Shown: positions 56,325 to 64,000 of the stretch, in pieces
How positions within the stretch are numbered: position 1 is the first letter of the stretch
Layout: each line of letters opens with the position of its first letter
Origin: Eledone cirrhosa
Taxonomy: Eukaryota
Length of the DNA: 64,000 nucleotides
Assembly: GCA_964016885.1 (NCBI GenBank)
Contig: OZ024749.1
Span: 1,674,001-1,738,000 of the forward strand
Direction of reading: 5' to 3'
Made by a program: the position numbers and the translations under genes
Notes under the pieces: model-generated
Told to the model about the DNA's origin: nothing
The model's input: only the letters and a program-made list of their open reading frames with translations
Databases searched by the model: none

Positions 56325-56833
56325 TTATCGTCATTTAAAGTCCATTTTCCACACTAGTATGAGTAGGATGTCCTGTTGTGAGAGATTTAGGTTGAAGGAC
56401 TGTGTTTCACTCACACAGAACTGATTTGGGACTGTGATCTCTGGTGCTATGCAGTAATACAGGAGACCCATTTTCCCATGTGCAGGAACTGAGGCATACA
56501 TCTAGTATGCACCACTTTCACTCCCATCACATCTTCCATGTTGTAATCATCCCATACAAGTCCCCAGTCCACACTATAAAGTGGTCATCTTGGTGCAATG
56601 ATATTGCCCAGTCCACACTATAAAGTGGTCTTGTAGGTATCACAACAAAAATCACCCAGTCCAGTGGCAGCGGCTATAATAATGATGGTTGTGATGATAA
56701 TCATATTATTTTGTTACATATTCAAGATTTTGTTTTCTTCATATAATTAAAAACATTTATTTTAAAACTTAAAACATCTTCTCTTGTTTTTCTGTAGGGT
56801 ATGGAGTTTGTTGATACGGAATCTTTTTATCGG
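20802..56833 (+). CDS. GCC2: GRIP and coiled-coil domain-containing protein 2 (GCC185 golgin), partial multi-exon CDS; 15 exons, ~612 aa, both ends outside the window
   Basis: Spliced exons give one open coiled-coil frame. Motifs match vertebrate GCC2 in order (from memory): KLKALAVKSKK, SSMMDLEIADYER, KLKQLLMKTKKDLAD, LKGQLE, EYEGYKVRVHSVLKQQK, VIDQLKTKLQ, LQQEHDRLLLRHNKLL, FKDQIKFL, GEGMEFVDTES. All junctions are GT-AG with consistent phase. Confidence 0.9.
21064..23604. mobile_element. hAT (Charlie/Buster-type) non-autonomous transposon containing an expanded minisatellite
   Basis: TIRs CAGTGTTTCCCAACC / GGTTGGGAAACCCTG; 8-bp TSD GTGTAGAT vs GGGTAGAT with central TA. Confidence 0.8.
21398..23521. 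repeat. 24-bp minisatellite ACAATAATACCATTAAATCTACCA with 21-bp variants, ~90 copies
   Basis: Direct reading. Confidence 0.97.
24111..24230 (+). CDS. GCC2: GCC2 exon B (IQRLKDEK...STNYA), phase 0/0
   Basis: ttccag|ATACAA ... TATGCT|gtaagt; 120 nt. Confidence 0.85.
24940..25115 (-). mobile_element. SINE with Nin/Deu-like domain
   Basis: Reverse complement of the 48890-49072 family. Confidence 0.75.
25284..25472 (+). CDS. GCC2: GCC2 exon C (CLQQEYDKLH...LADNK), phase 0/0
   Basis: ttgcag|TGTTTA ... AATAAA|gtaaga; 189 nt; an alternative in-frame acceptor exists at 25230. Confidence 0.85.
25905..27350 (-). mobile_element. RTE LINE family B fragment (APE endonuclease to RT start), decayed
   Basis: CVQEVRW, ISAYAPQ, GDFNGHVG, TWWW, KAAGPSG. 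Confidence 0.9.
27437..27730 (-). mobile_element. RTE-tailed retroelement 3' part
   Basis: (GAT)n tail; GGATGCCCTTCCTAACACCAACC core shared with the family A 3'UTR and the SINEs. Confidence 0.7.
28136..28340 (-). mobile_element. RTE family B 3' end, ending ~30 nt before the exon D acceptor
   Basis: EVVRADLRSLKL..DKWREAV..PTLASKE; (GAT)n tail. Confidence 0.75.
28368..28475 (+). CDS. GCC2: GCC2 exon D (SLESQINE...KEKQE), phase 0/0
   Basis: tttcag|TCACTA ... CAAGAG|gtaatt; 108 nt. Confidence 0.85.
29886..29990 (+). CDS. GCC2: GCC2 exon E (IDAKVLDLE...QTAKI), phase 0/0
   Basis: ctccag|ATTGAT ... AAAATA|gtaagt; 105 nt. Confidence 0.87.
30050..30527. repeat. 48-bp minisatellite (~10 copies) built from a piggyBac-like MITE end
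   Basis: Unit CATTAACCCTTTCATTACCATATTTCTAATGAAAGACACTGTCTATGT; single-copy homologue at ~38453. Confidence 0.92.
31243..31460. repeat. Degenerate ~39-bp tandem repeat
   Basis: GTTTGAGGCTGTTTAGTATTAGAATGGTTAAAGTGGGACA, about 5 copies. Confidence 0.8.
31784..31946 (+). CDS. GCC2: GCC2 exon F (EATQSSMMDLEIADYER...QKEI), phase 0/1
   Basis: ttctag|GAAGCT ... AAATTG|gtaggt; 163 nt; carries the MxxEIADYER motif. Confidence 0.92.
32163..33239. repeat. 38-bp minisatellite, ~28 copies
   Basis: Unit ACAGTCTCAGATCAAGTCACCTACCAGACATGTACAAC. Confidence 0.96.
34141..34241 (+). CDS. GCC2: GCC2 exon G (DYVDEQK...KLKQLLMKTKKDLADAKRL), phase 1/0
   Basis: attcag|ATTATG ... AGACTT|gtaagt; 101 nt. Confidence 0.92.
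34271..34750. repeat. 44-bp minisatellite, ~11 copies
   Basis: Unit GGACTTACTGAGGTACTGTTTCTAGGGTTGGCTGTCTCTTGATA. Confidence 0.96.
34750..35100. mobile_element. Penelope-like inverted remnant with degenerate hammerhead motif
   Basis: Inverted arms ~34750-34866 and ~34946-35038; CTGATGA-A-GTCGCA-TATG-TGCGAT-GAAA at 35060-35087. Confidence 0.55.
35298..36701 (+). mobile_element. Non-autonomous Helitron with RepHel relic
   Basis: A|TC 5' end; GC-rich subterminal hairpin and CTAG|T 3' end; relic peptides LLLFEARGPQSFQDLRTING, QLRKLFAI, DPLALW...LVEDILH. Confidence 0.85.
36770..38022 (-). mobile_element. Penelope-like element: GIY-YIG C-terminus between inverted pseudo-LTRs
   Basis: Minus strand reads VVYRLECDKCSNFYVG...RPLHIRIKEH...IKEALII...IN; inverted ~180-bp repeats at 36770-36951 and 37838-38022. 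Confidence 0.88.
38353..38430 (+). CDS. GCC2: GCC2 exon H (DNEQKASEAQLKGQLE...EECK), phase 0/0
   Basis: ttatag|GACAAT ... TGCAAG|gtatct; 78 nt. Confidence 0.88.
38687..38824. repeat. Near-perfect hairpin with ~66-bp arms
   Basis: AGATCATTGG...GTGTGTGT / ACACACAC...CCAATGATCT; one G-T mismatch. Confidence 0.95.
38978..39311 (-). mobile_element. Full-length tRNA-derived SINE with RTE-type 3' tail
   Basis: A box TGGCTTAGTGG, B box GTTCAATTC, core CCTTGAGCAAGACACT, (GAT)n tail. Confidence 0.88.
39388..39567 (+). CDS. GCC2: GCC2 exon I (LQMSEMG...NEYEGYK), phase 0/0
   Basis: tttcag|CTCCAA ... TACAAG|gtaagt; 180 nt. Confidence 0.92.
39877..40065 (+). mobile_element. SINE with Nin/Deu-like domain
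   Basis: Same family as 48890-49072. Confidence 0.7.
41199..41278 (+). CDS. GCC2: GCC2 exon J (VRVHSVLKQQK...EKQE), phase 0/2
   Basis: atgtag|GTGAGA ... AGAAAG|gtaaat; 80 nt; VRVHxVLKQQK motif. Confidence 0.92.
41320..41775. repeat. Diverged ~150-bp tandem repeat, 3 copies
   Basis: (C)ATGAAAC...CATTTGAATTAAC units start at ~41320, 41477, 41637; dispersed copy at ~29243-29367. Confidence 0.8.
42050..43015 (+). mobile_element. Old, heavily deleted RTE LINE (family C)
   Basis: ILRRWREYFTDLLN, KAAGEDEI, IIPIFK, FKYLG, LTYGHESW, YYGHMSRM relics with stops. Confidence 0.8.
43170..43223 (+). CDS. GCC2: GCC2 exon K (EQQDKVIDQLKTKLQEL), phase 2/2
   Basis: ttgcag|GGAACA ... ATTACA|gtgagt; 54 nt. 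Confidence 0.88.
43243..48340. repeat. 31-bp minisatellite (~130 copies) interrupted by a piggyBac-like insertion
   Basis: Unit CTCTGTTATGACATTACCTTAAAGTCTACAC, with a TATAT variant. Confidence 0.97.
43343..44413 (+). mobile_element. piggyBac-like deletion derivative
   Basis: TTAA TSDs at 43339-42 and 44414-17; TIRs CCCTTTAGTGTT / AATGCTAAATGG; acidic N-terminus and AVDYFFLFLPQTIFEVVAE relic typical of PGBD transposases. Confidence 0.85.
48890..49072 (+). mobile_element. SINE with Nin/Deu-like domain
   Basis: GAGTTCAAATCCCGCCGAGGTTGACTTTGCCTTTCATCCTTACGGGGTCGATAAAATAAAGTACCAG. Confidence 0.78.
49223..49438. mobile_element. Degenerate piggyBac-like MITE
   Basis: TTAA-CCGTTTACCATTTA ... TAAATGCTAAAGGG ends resemble the 43343 TIRs. 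Confidence 0.5.
49561..49683 (+). CDS. GCC2: GCC2 exon L (TSLSVTSQENENLQQEHDRLLLRHNKLL...), phase 2/2
   Basis: ttgtag|CACAAG ... AGCTAA|gttagt; 123 nt. Confidence 0.9.
49699..49999 (-). mobile_element. tRNA-derived SINE (same family as 38978-39311), 5' truncated
   Basis: High identity; tail lies ~15 nt from the exon L donor. Confidence 0.85.
50083..50780 (+). mobile_element. RTE family A 3' end (C-terminus and 3'UTR)
   Basis: RERQSINELREKL...EKTRLT*; nearly identical to the reverse complement of 7228-8035. Confidence 0.92.
50843..52790 (-). mobile_element. RTE family B copy with APE domain and RT core deleted
   Basis: APE (SDFNGHVG, NQIDFLL); KAAGQSG joined to the C-terminal ETWAV/RLCWYGH region at ~51315. 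Confidence 0.88.
53457..53559 (+). CDS. GCC2: GCC2 exon M (LENLSKQN...QLTYQNGLLTSQFK), phase 2/0
   Basis: ttttag|CCTAGA ... TTCAAG|gtaaac; 103 nt; not in the ORF track but fills the phase and homology gap. Confidence 0.87.
54235..54490 (-). mobile_element. tRNA-derived SINE, third family
   Basis: Reverse-strand tRNA-like head (TTAGTGGTTAAGG...GTGAGTTCAATC); 3' part similar to 23700-23770. Confidence 0.65.
54925..55191 (+). CDS. GCC2: GCC2 exon N (DQIKFLK...Q10...EERQQGE), phase 0/0
   Basis: ttacag|GATCAA ... GGGGAG|gtaagt; 267 nt. Confidence 0.9.
55366..55412 (-). ncRNA. Hammerhead copy with G12>A (GAAAC>AAAAC), predicted inactive
   Basis: Reverse complement of the 56068 motif with T instead of C at 55381. 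Confidence 0.7.
56068..56114 (+). ncRNA. Minimal type I hammerhead ribozyme with intact core
   Basis: TGCT-CTGATGA-TTCCAG-acttcccc-CTGGAA-GAAAC-AATT-GTC^AGCA; predicted cleavage after 56110. Confidence 0.82.
56798..56833 (+). CDS. GCC2: GCC2 small exon O (GMEFVDTESFYR), phase 0/0
   Basis: ctgtag|GGTATG ... TATCGG|gtaaga; 36 nt; completes the GEGMExxDTES motif. Confidence 0.85.
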
Positions 56834-56880
56834 GTAAGAAATACATTTTCTTCTTGATTCTATCCACACAAACAGCAGTC

Positions 56881-57075
56881 CTGCAACATAATCCTAACTC
56901 TAGCATATTTCTAGTAAAGTCTGGAACATAATCCTAACTCTAGCATATTTCTAGTAAAGTCTGGAACATGATCCTAACTCTAGCATATTTCTAGTAAAGT
57001 CTGGAACATGATCCTAACTCTATCATATTTCTAGTAAAGTCTGGAACATGATACCAACTCTATCATATTTCTAAT
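56881..57075. repeat. 40-bp minisatellite, ~5 copies
   Basis: CTGGAACATAATCCTAACTCTAGCATATTTCTAGTAAAGT. Confidence 0.92.
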
Positions 57076-57363
57076 GAGGTTGTCCTTGACACAACTGAAG
57101 GTCCTTCCGGCCTTTCTATAGTTGGATGCCCTTCATAACACCAATCACTTTACAGCCGCTACTTGGTTAATTATATAATGTTTTGTGTATGTAATTCTAT
57201 GCCATAGTCTGTATAGAATTTCATATTGTGTATATCTGATATTATGTCAGTGTATGTATGTATATACATACATACAAATGTACATACATACACACATACA
57301 AATGTACATACATACACACATACAAGTACGCTTATACAAGTAGAAAAGGCAAGTAAAGAATAC

Positions 57364-57990
57364 TTACTTAACCTCAATACTGTGAGGAGGTGGACTGAAA
57401 GAAGGCATAGGTTGGGGTAGGGATGGAGAGCAAGAGGATATTATGTCGAGTGAGGTGTGTTTTGAAAGTATCTCTTCTGGGGACAGAACTGGTTTGTAGG
57501 ATTTATATGTTGCATAGTTTTTGTGCATACACTTCGGGCAGTGTTTGGAGAGTTTGTTCAGGGTCGGGCCCTTGGCAAATAGTATTTCATAGCTCTCTGA
57601 AATACAAAGGTCGCAACACTTGTGTCCTTCTATGTATGAGTGCTCACTCTGGAGTAATTTCCATTTGAGCGTGAAGGGGATGGAGTTGCTCTTGAGGTCC
57701 TGGACAGTGTTGCTTGGTTGGATTTGTCCAGTCTTCTGAACGAGTGGGTATGGGCATACCACTGGGTCTTAAGTATATATATATATAAACAATGAGTTAT
57801 AGACTTTAAGTATTCAACAGAGTTATGTTCATAACAGATATGAAGCACTCGACAGATAAATTTAACTGAAGTATTATTATAGTAGTAACAATAGTAATAA
57901 ATGGAAAATATATCACTATAGCATCATATTTATTTTATTATATTTATTTCAGGGATACTAATTTATAGTCTGCCCTCATCAGACAAAATA
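57364..57990 (-). mobile_element. Penelope-like fragment (endonuclease C-terminus) with upstream hammerhead
   Basis: DLKSNSIPFTLKWKLL...KCCDLCISESYEI...LNKL...CMH resembles the C-terminal Cys-rich region of PLE ORFs. Confidence 0.7.
57931..57990 (-). ncRNA. Type I hammerhead ribozyme motif
   Basis: TATTTTGT-CTGATGA-[GGGCAGACTA taaat TAGTATCCCT]-GAAA-TAAATA-TA^ATAAAATA; 8-bp stem I. Confidence 0.65.
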
Positions 57991-58019
57991 CAATATTTGA
58001 TGTATAAGATATGTATATA

Positions 58020-58060
<41 letters not shown>

Positions 58061-58609
58061 GGAGAAGGCAATACAAAATTAATGGAGAAGGTAATACATT
58101 CAACAACCAAATTTACATTTTACAGTGTTTCATCTACTCAATATCAAAATAACAGTTGTATACATATATGTATGTACATATATTTTATATATATTTTGTT
58201 ATGCTGGTTAAATTATGCCCCAAATATGAGGACTTTATTTAAACTCTTAACTTCTGCTCCCTCCTATCTTCACCCCCCCCCCCCCTCTATATCATGCTGG
58301 TTCGCCACCAATCCCTTCCTATCTCTCCAAATATAAAATAAATCCTGCAAGTACGAAACCTCAAAAATCGCCAGCCCTATTCAGGCTAGGCTGCTATCAC
58401 GGTGTAATGTAACGTACAAATATTTCTTCACTCTTCTCACCATTTTAATTCCTTAAGTCCATTCATCAATTTGTATCATTTCTCCCCGAATCCAATCCTT
58501 GTTGCTTTTCTATTCGATAATTCTAGCGTATTTTTCAAAACAAATCTTGTATTATTGTTTTATGCTTGTTAAATTATGCCCAAAATATGGGGATCTTATT
58601 TAAACCTTA

Positions 58610-60547
58610 ACCTTCTCGCTGGAATTCTGTGACGCAAATAACCTAACTATCTGTAACAGTAACTTCAAAAAACGAGACAATCACTTGATCACCTATAGAT
58701 TGGGGAACACACAAGCCAGGTAGATTATATCCTTACCAGGAGACGTGACAGAGTGTCTGTTGTAAACACTAAATCCCTCCCCCATGAAGAATGCACCTCT
58801 CAACATACTCATAATTAGTGACCTCATAGTCAGGACGAGATGTACTCGACAACAGAAGGGGACTTTCCTCAGGAGAAAAATATGGAAGTTAAAGGACCCC
58901 ACAGACAGTAATAAATTTAAAAGCATATTACTTGATGCTTTTGATAGTAAGGAAGAGCAATTAGAGTCGTACAATATAGAGGAACAGTGGGAATTCCAGA
59001 AAGCTAACCTGCTGAAGGCGACAGACGAAACCTGTGGCTGGAGCAGACCTATAGGCAGGAGGAGAGTAACTTGGTGGTGGAACAGTAAGGTGGAGAGGTC
59101 AATCAAGGCCAAAAAGGCTTGGAAAGCATGGCGGGATGGGGGAAGTAGAGAAGACTATCAAGTGGCCAGGAGGGAAGCTAGGAGACAAGTGTACTTCGCA
59201 AGAAGGGAAGCAGAGGAAAGAAAGTTCAAGCATGTTCTACAACGCGAGGACCAAAAACGTGAGGTGTTCAGGATTGCTAGGCAATGTGTCAAGGAAAACA
59301 GTGATATTGTCGGGGAGAAGTGTGTCCTTAATGATGATGGTGTACTTGCCATCACTGACGCTGATAAGAAGGTAGCTTGGAAGTGACACTACGAAAGGCT
59401 ACTAAATGAGGAGAATAATTGGGAGAAAGACAGTCTCCCCCACATCGACCCAATAGAGGGACCAGCAGTGCAAATTGAAGGTAGTATAATAAATAAGGCG
59501 ATCAAAGACATGAAGACGGGCAAGGCGGCCGGGCCTTCGGAAATAGTTGCCGAAATGCTGAAAGCATCTGGAACGGTGGGACACACTATGGTCACCCGGA
59601 TAGTAAACCAAGTCATACAGAATGGAGTCGTTCCGAAGGACTGGCGCAGCAGCAGCATCATCATTAACTGCTACAAGGGTAAAGGTGATGCCCTAGATAG
59701 GGGAAACTATAGAGGCATTAAATTAATTGACCACGTCATGAAGGTCACAGAACAAGTAATAGCGCAACTAATCAGAGAGCGAATTGATCTAGACGAAATG
59801 CAGTTTGGGTTTGTGTCAGGTAAAAGTACAACAGACGCTCTTTTCATTGTACGACAACTACAGGAGAAGTACCTAGCTAAAAGTAAACCCCTATACTTAG
59901 CTTTTGTTGACTTGGAGAAAGCCTTTGACCCCGCTCGATTATCTGGTGGGCCCTTAGAAAACTAGGTGTTGATGAATGGCTTGTGAGAGCTATACAAGCC
60001 ATGTATAAAGAAACAGTCAGCAAGGTTAGAATTAACGAGTATAGTGAAGAGTTTAGCGTAAAAGTTGGTGTTCATCAGTGCTCCGTCCTTAGCCCCCTAC
60101 TATTTATTATTTCCGTTCAGGCTATAACAGAGGAGTTCAAGACCGGCTGCCCATGGGAACTCCTATATGCAGATGATCTAACGCTCATAGCTGAATCAAT
60201 GGCTGAACTAGAGAAGAAATTGCAAACATGGAAGCATGGCCTAGAATCAAAAGGCCTTAAAGTTAACTTATCTAAGACTAAAGTTCTAGTTTGTAGGAAG
60301 GAAAATAGGGCACCGGTCCCATCCGGGAAATGGCCATGCTCAGTGTGTAGGAAAGGAGTAGGCAGAAACTCCATCTTATGTCCCAAATGCAAAGTATGGG
60401 TACATAAAAGATGTAGTGGGATCACAGGTAAACTAACTAAGAATATAGATTTTATATGTGGCCGGTGCTCTGGTGCAATAAGTAGCAGCAAGTGCCCACA
60501 GAATACTAATTCATTCCATTGCACAGATGGTTCTATAGAAATAGTGG
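58610..60547 (+). mobile_element. RTE LINE family A internal fragment (APE end, RT, PHD-like finger), with stops and frameshifts
   Basis: LEFCDANNL, TWWWN, AFVDLEKAFD, LYADD, CSVC..CPKC..HKRC..CGRC. Confidence 0.93.
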
Positions 60548-60608
60548 CCTTGTGCCAAAAGTAGAAACAATTATATTATATGCTCCCCCCATACACTCAT
60601 TTAAATAG

Positions 60609-62228
60609 GTAATGTACTAGACTGGTCTGATACCTCTGTAGTTAGAGAACATATAGTAATGTGTTAGACTGGTCTGATACCTCTGTAGTTAGACAACATA
60701 TAGTAATGTGTTAGACTGGTCTGATACCTCTGTAGTTAGACAACATATAGTAATGTGTTAGACTGGTCTGATACCTCTGTAGTTAGACAACATATAGTAA
60801 TGTACTAGACTGGTCTGATACCTCTGTAGTTAGAGAACATATAGTAATGTGTTAAACTGGTCTGATACCTCTGTAGTTAGACAACATATAGTAATGTGTT
60901 AGACTGGTCTGATACCTCTGTAGTTAGACAACATATAGTAATGTGTTAGACTGGTCTGATACCTCTGTAGTTAGACAACATATAGTAATGTACTAGAGTG
61001 GTCTGATACCTCTGTAGTGAGACAACATATAGTAATGTGTTAGACTGGTCTGATACCTCTGTAGTGAGACAACATATAGTAATGTGTTAGACTGGTCTGA
61101 TACCTCTGTAAGACAACATATAGTAATGTGTTAGACTGGTCTGATACCTCTAGTTAGACAACATATAGTAATGTGTTAGACTGGTCTGATACCTCTAGTT
61201 AGACAACATATAGTAATGTGTTAGACTGGTCTGATACCTCTAGTTAGACAACATATAGTAATGTGTTAGACTGGTCTGATACCTCTAGTTAGACAACATA
61301 TAGTAATGTGTTAGACTGGTCTGATACCTGTGTAGTTAGACAACATATAGTAATGTACTAGACTGGTCTGACACTATACTTCTACAGTTAGACAACATAT
61401 AGTAATGTACTAGACTGGTCTGACACTATACCTCTACAGTTAGACAACTTATAGTAATGTGTTAGACTGGTCTGACACTATACCTGTGTAGTTAGACAAC
61501 ATATAGTAATGTACTAGACTGGTCTGACACTATACTTCTACAGTTAGACAACATATAGTAATGTACTAGACTGGTCTGACACTATACCTCTACAGTTAGA
61601 CAACTTATAGTAATGTGTTAGACTGGTCTGACACTATACCTGTGTAGTTAGACAACATATAGTAATGTACTAGACTGGTCTGACACTATACTTCTACAGT
61701 TAGACAACATATAGTAATGTACTAGACTGGTCTGACACTATACCTCTACAGTTAGACAACTTATAGTAATGTGTTAGACTGGTCTGACACTATACCTGTG
61801 TAGTTAGACAACATATAGTAATGTACTAGACTGGTCTGACACTATACCTCTACAGTTAGACAACTTATAGTAATGTGTTAGACTGGTCTGACACTATACC
61901 TCTACAGTTAGACAACATATATTAATGTGTTAGACTGGTCTGACACTATACCTGTGTAGTTAGACAACATATAGTAATGTACTAGACTGGTCTGACACTA
62001 TACTTCTACAGTTAGACAACATATAGTAATGTACTAGACTGGTCTGACACTATACCTCTACAGTTAGACAACTTATAGTAATGTGTTAGACTGGTCTGAC
62101 ACTATACCTCTACAGTTAGACAACATATATTAATGTGTTAGACTGGTCTGACACTATACCTCTACAGTTAGACAACATATAGTAATGTGTTAGACTGGTC
62201 TGACACTATACTTCTATAATTAGACAAC
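60609..62228. repeat. Minisatellite with 47-, 44- and 52-bp unit domains
   Basis: TAGTAATGTGTTAGACTGGTCTGA(CACTA)TACCTCTGTAGTTAGACAACATA. Confidence 0.96.
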
Positions 62229-62555
62229 GTATGTTTCCTATGTCTCCCTCTCGATAACACTATGGTGTCTTTTTAAATGTAGACATATCCACTGACTGCT
62301 GGTGTAGAGCCATTTAGTGAGACTTATAAATGAGACTTTTGAAAAGTCCCAATAATGGGACAAAACATTTGTCAATATTAAATGTAAAAACGTATTTGGT
62401 AATTACTTTAATGAATAATTTGCTCCATGTACACATGTTTGTTTGAAAAAGTCTTTCAAAGAAGTATGAAAAGCCTTTTGTACTGTTATAAATAATTACT
62501 GTATTTTGAGCTGTTTTAACTTCACCTATGTTTCCAATTTTCTATATTATTTTTG

Positions 62556-62599
<44 letters not shown>

Positions 62600-62600
<1 letters not shown>

Positions 62601-62917
62601 TCAGGCGAGATGATGTGTCGTTTCCTTCAGCAAGACACTTTATTTCACATTGCTCCAGTTTACTCAGCTGTAGAAATGAGATGATAGGGCTGGGGTCCCT
62701 ATCATTCCACTGTAAAGTGGTCGTGGACGCGCCTCACGGAAAAAAAGCACCCAGCCCACACTGTAAAGTGGACGTGTGGTGCCACAGGAAAAAAAATCAC
62801 CCAGCCCACACTGTAAAGAAGGTTGGTGTTAGGAAGGGCATCCAGCTGTAGAAATCAGGCCAGAATCAATTCCCGTCCCACCCTTGCAAGCAGGTAAAAG
62901 TGGACGTAAAATGATGA

Positions 62918-62920
<3 letters not shown>
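62600..62920 (+). mobile_element. tRNA-derived SINE (38978 family), 5' truncated
   Basis: CAAGACACTTTATTTCACATTGCTCCAG core and GGACGTAAAATGATGATG tail. Confidence 0.82.
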
Positions 62921-62953
<33 letters not shown>

Positions 62954-62957
<4 letters not shown>

Positions 62958-63087
62958 TCAATACAAAGCAGAGTATAAATATTTAATATAGAAAGGCTTC
63001 TACAGGACTAGAACTGTTTCATTCGGGAGAAATCATCAGGAAAAGTTTTCTATATTAAATATTTATACTTTGCTATGTATTGAGTAT
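62954..63087. repeat. Inverted repeat (~40-bp arms) with a hammerhead-like core in the loop
   Basis: ATACTCAATAC...ATAGAAA / TTTCTAT...GTATTGAGTAT; minus strand CTGATGA...GAAAC...GTC. Confidence 0.75.
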
Positions 63088-63164
63088 CTTACTTACTGTG
63101 GTTACCCCCGATTGAACCCGGGATAAACGTATATATATATAAATATATATATACACATACACAC

Positions 63165-63850
63165 ATCATCATCATCATTTTACATCCACTTTTCCTTGCT
63201 TGCAAAGGTGGGACGGGTCCTATTCAGCTCAGTATCTCTCCATTCATCACGGTCTTTCGTCATCTCTCGCCACATCTACCCATGATTTTCGTAGTCTTCC
63301 TCTACTGCATCTTCCTTACACTGGGATTTCTTAGCACTTCTTTACCCAGCGGTCATCCTCCATGCACATCACATGTCCAAACCAACGCAGTCTTCTCTCC
63401 TGCACGCTACAGTTCATCCCTCTTATACACAGTTACTCTCTCAACTCTTCTATTCTTGGTCGTTCATGCACATTGGCATTACACATCCATCGGAACATAC
63501 TTGCTTTATTTCTCTCCAGCCATCACATATCCTCTGCAGTTGCTGTCCATGTCTCACTACCATGCAGCAACACGCATCTTTCACAGGCATCATGTAACCA
63601 GCCTAAACTTCTTCCAGCCCGTCTTTATTCTAGATACTATGGCCTTGGAGCACCCTCCTCTCTTGCTACTCTGATCACCTAGGTATTGGAAGCTACACCT
63701 AGTTTCTTTAGGGACCACCAGATGACAGATCGGGGTACTCTATTGAAAGCCTTCTCTAGGTCAACAAAAGCTAAATATAGTGGCTTATTTTTCTCTAAGA
63801 ACTTCACTTGTAGTTGTCTCACTAAGAAGAGGGCATCTGTTGATGCCCTC
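63165..63850 (-). mobile_element. RTE family B 3' portion with internal deletion
   Basis: AFVDLEKAFNRVP joined to the C-terminal region; (GAT)n tail. Confidence 0.85.
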
Positions 63851-64000
63851 TTCAATATTTATCATTGATTGCCAGCTAAATTAACTAAAGGGATAAAAAA
63901 TATACGGAAGCGAAAACCAACCAAACAGTGAGTGTGTTTTATTATATATTTCTGGCGGTGGATTGGCAGTATCGGTAGAGGGTCGAATGCCCTGCTTTCC

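Noticed and set aside
62283-62330. Possible next GCC2 exon (TYPLTAGVEPF...) after tgtag
   Set aside because: No recognisable GCC2 similarity, weak donor and a stop within 16 codons; needs RNA-seq.

Overview
Eukaryotic, AT-rich, repeat-saturated genomic DNA. The repeat types (RTE LINEs with (GAT)n tails, tRNA-derived SINEs, very long (TA)/(TATG) fields) suggest a cephalopod such as Octopus; this is an inference. The window lies inside one + strand gene that I recognise from memory as the golgin GCC2/GCC185. I assembled 15 GT-AG exons (20802-56833; 1836 nt, 612 codons, phases consistent, no stops). The 5' part of the gene and the GRIP-domain exons lie outside the window. The introns hold at least three RTE-clade LINE families (one with a PHD-type finger inside ORF2), RTE-derived and tRNA-derived SINEs, and Penelope-like remnants with inverted pseudo-LTRs. 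They also hold a Helitron, a hAT MITE, piggyBac-like elements and many locus-specific minisatellites. Main signals: (1) several minimal type I hammerhead ribozyme motifs from unrelated Penelope-like families, including one intact copy on the sense strand of a GCC2 intron that is paired with an antisense copy carrying a catalytic-G mutation; (2) different tandem arrays that start just after many splice donors; (3) long fold-back hairpins close to exons; (4) an in-frame duplicated splice acceptor; (5) a structured motif shared by the 5' regions of divergent retroelements. Most long ORFs in the track are repeat artefacts. All alignments and folds were done by eye.
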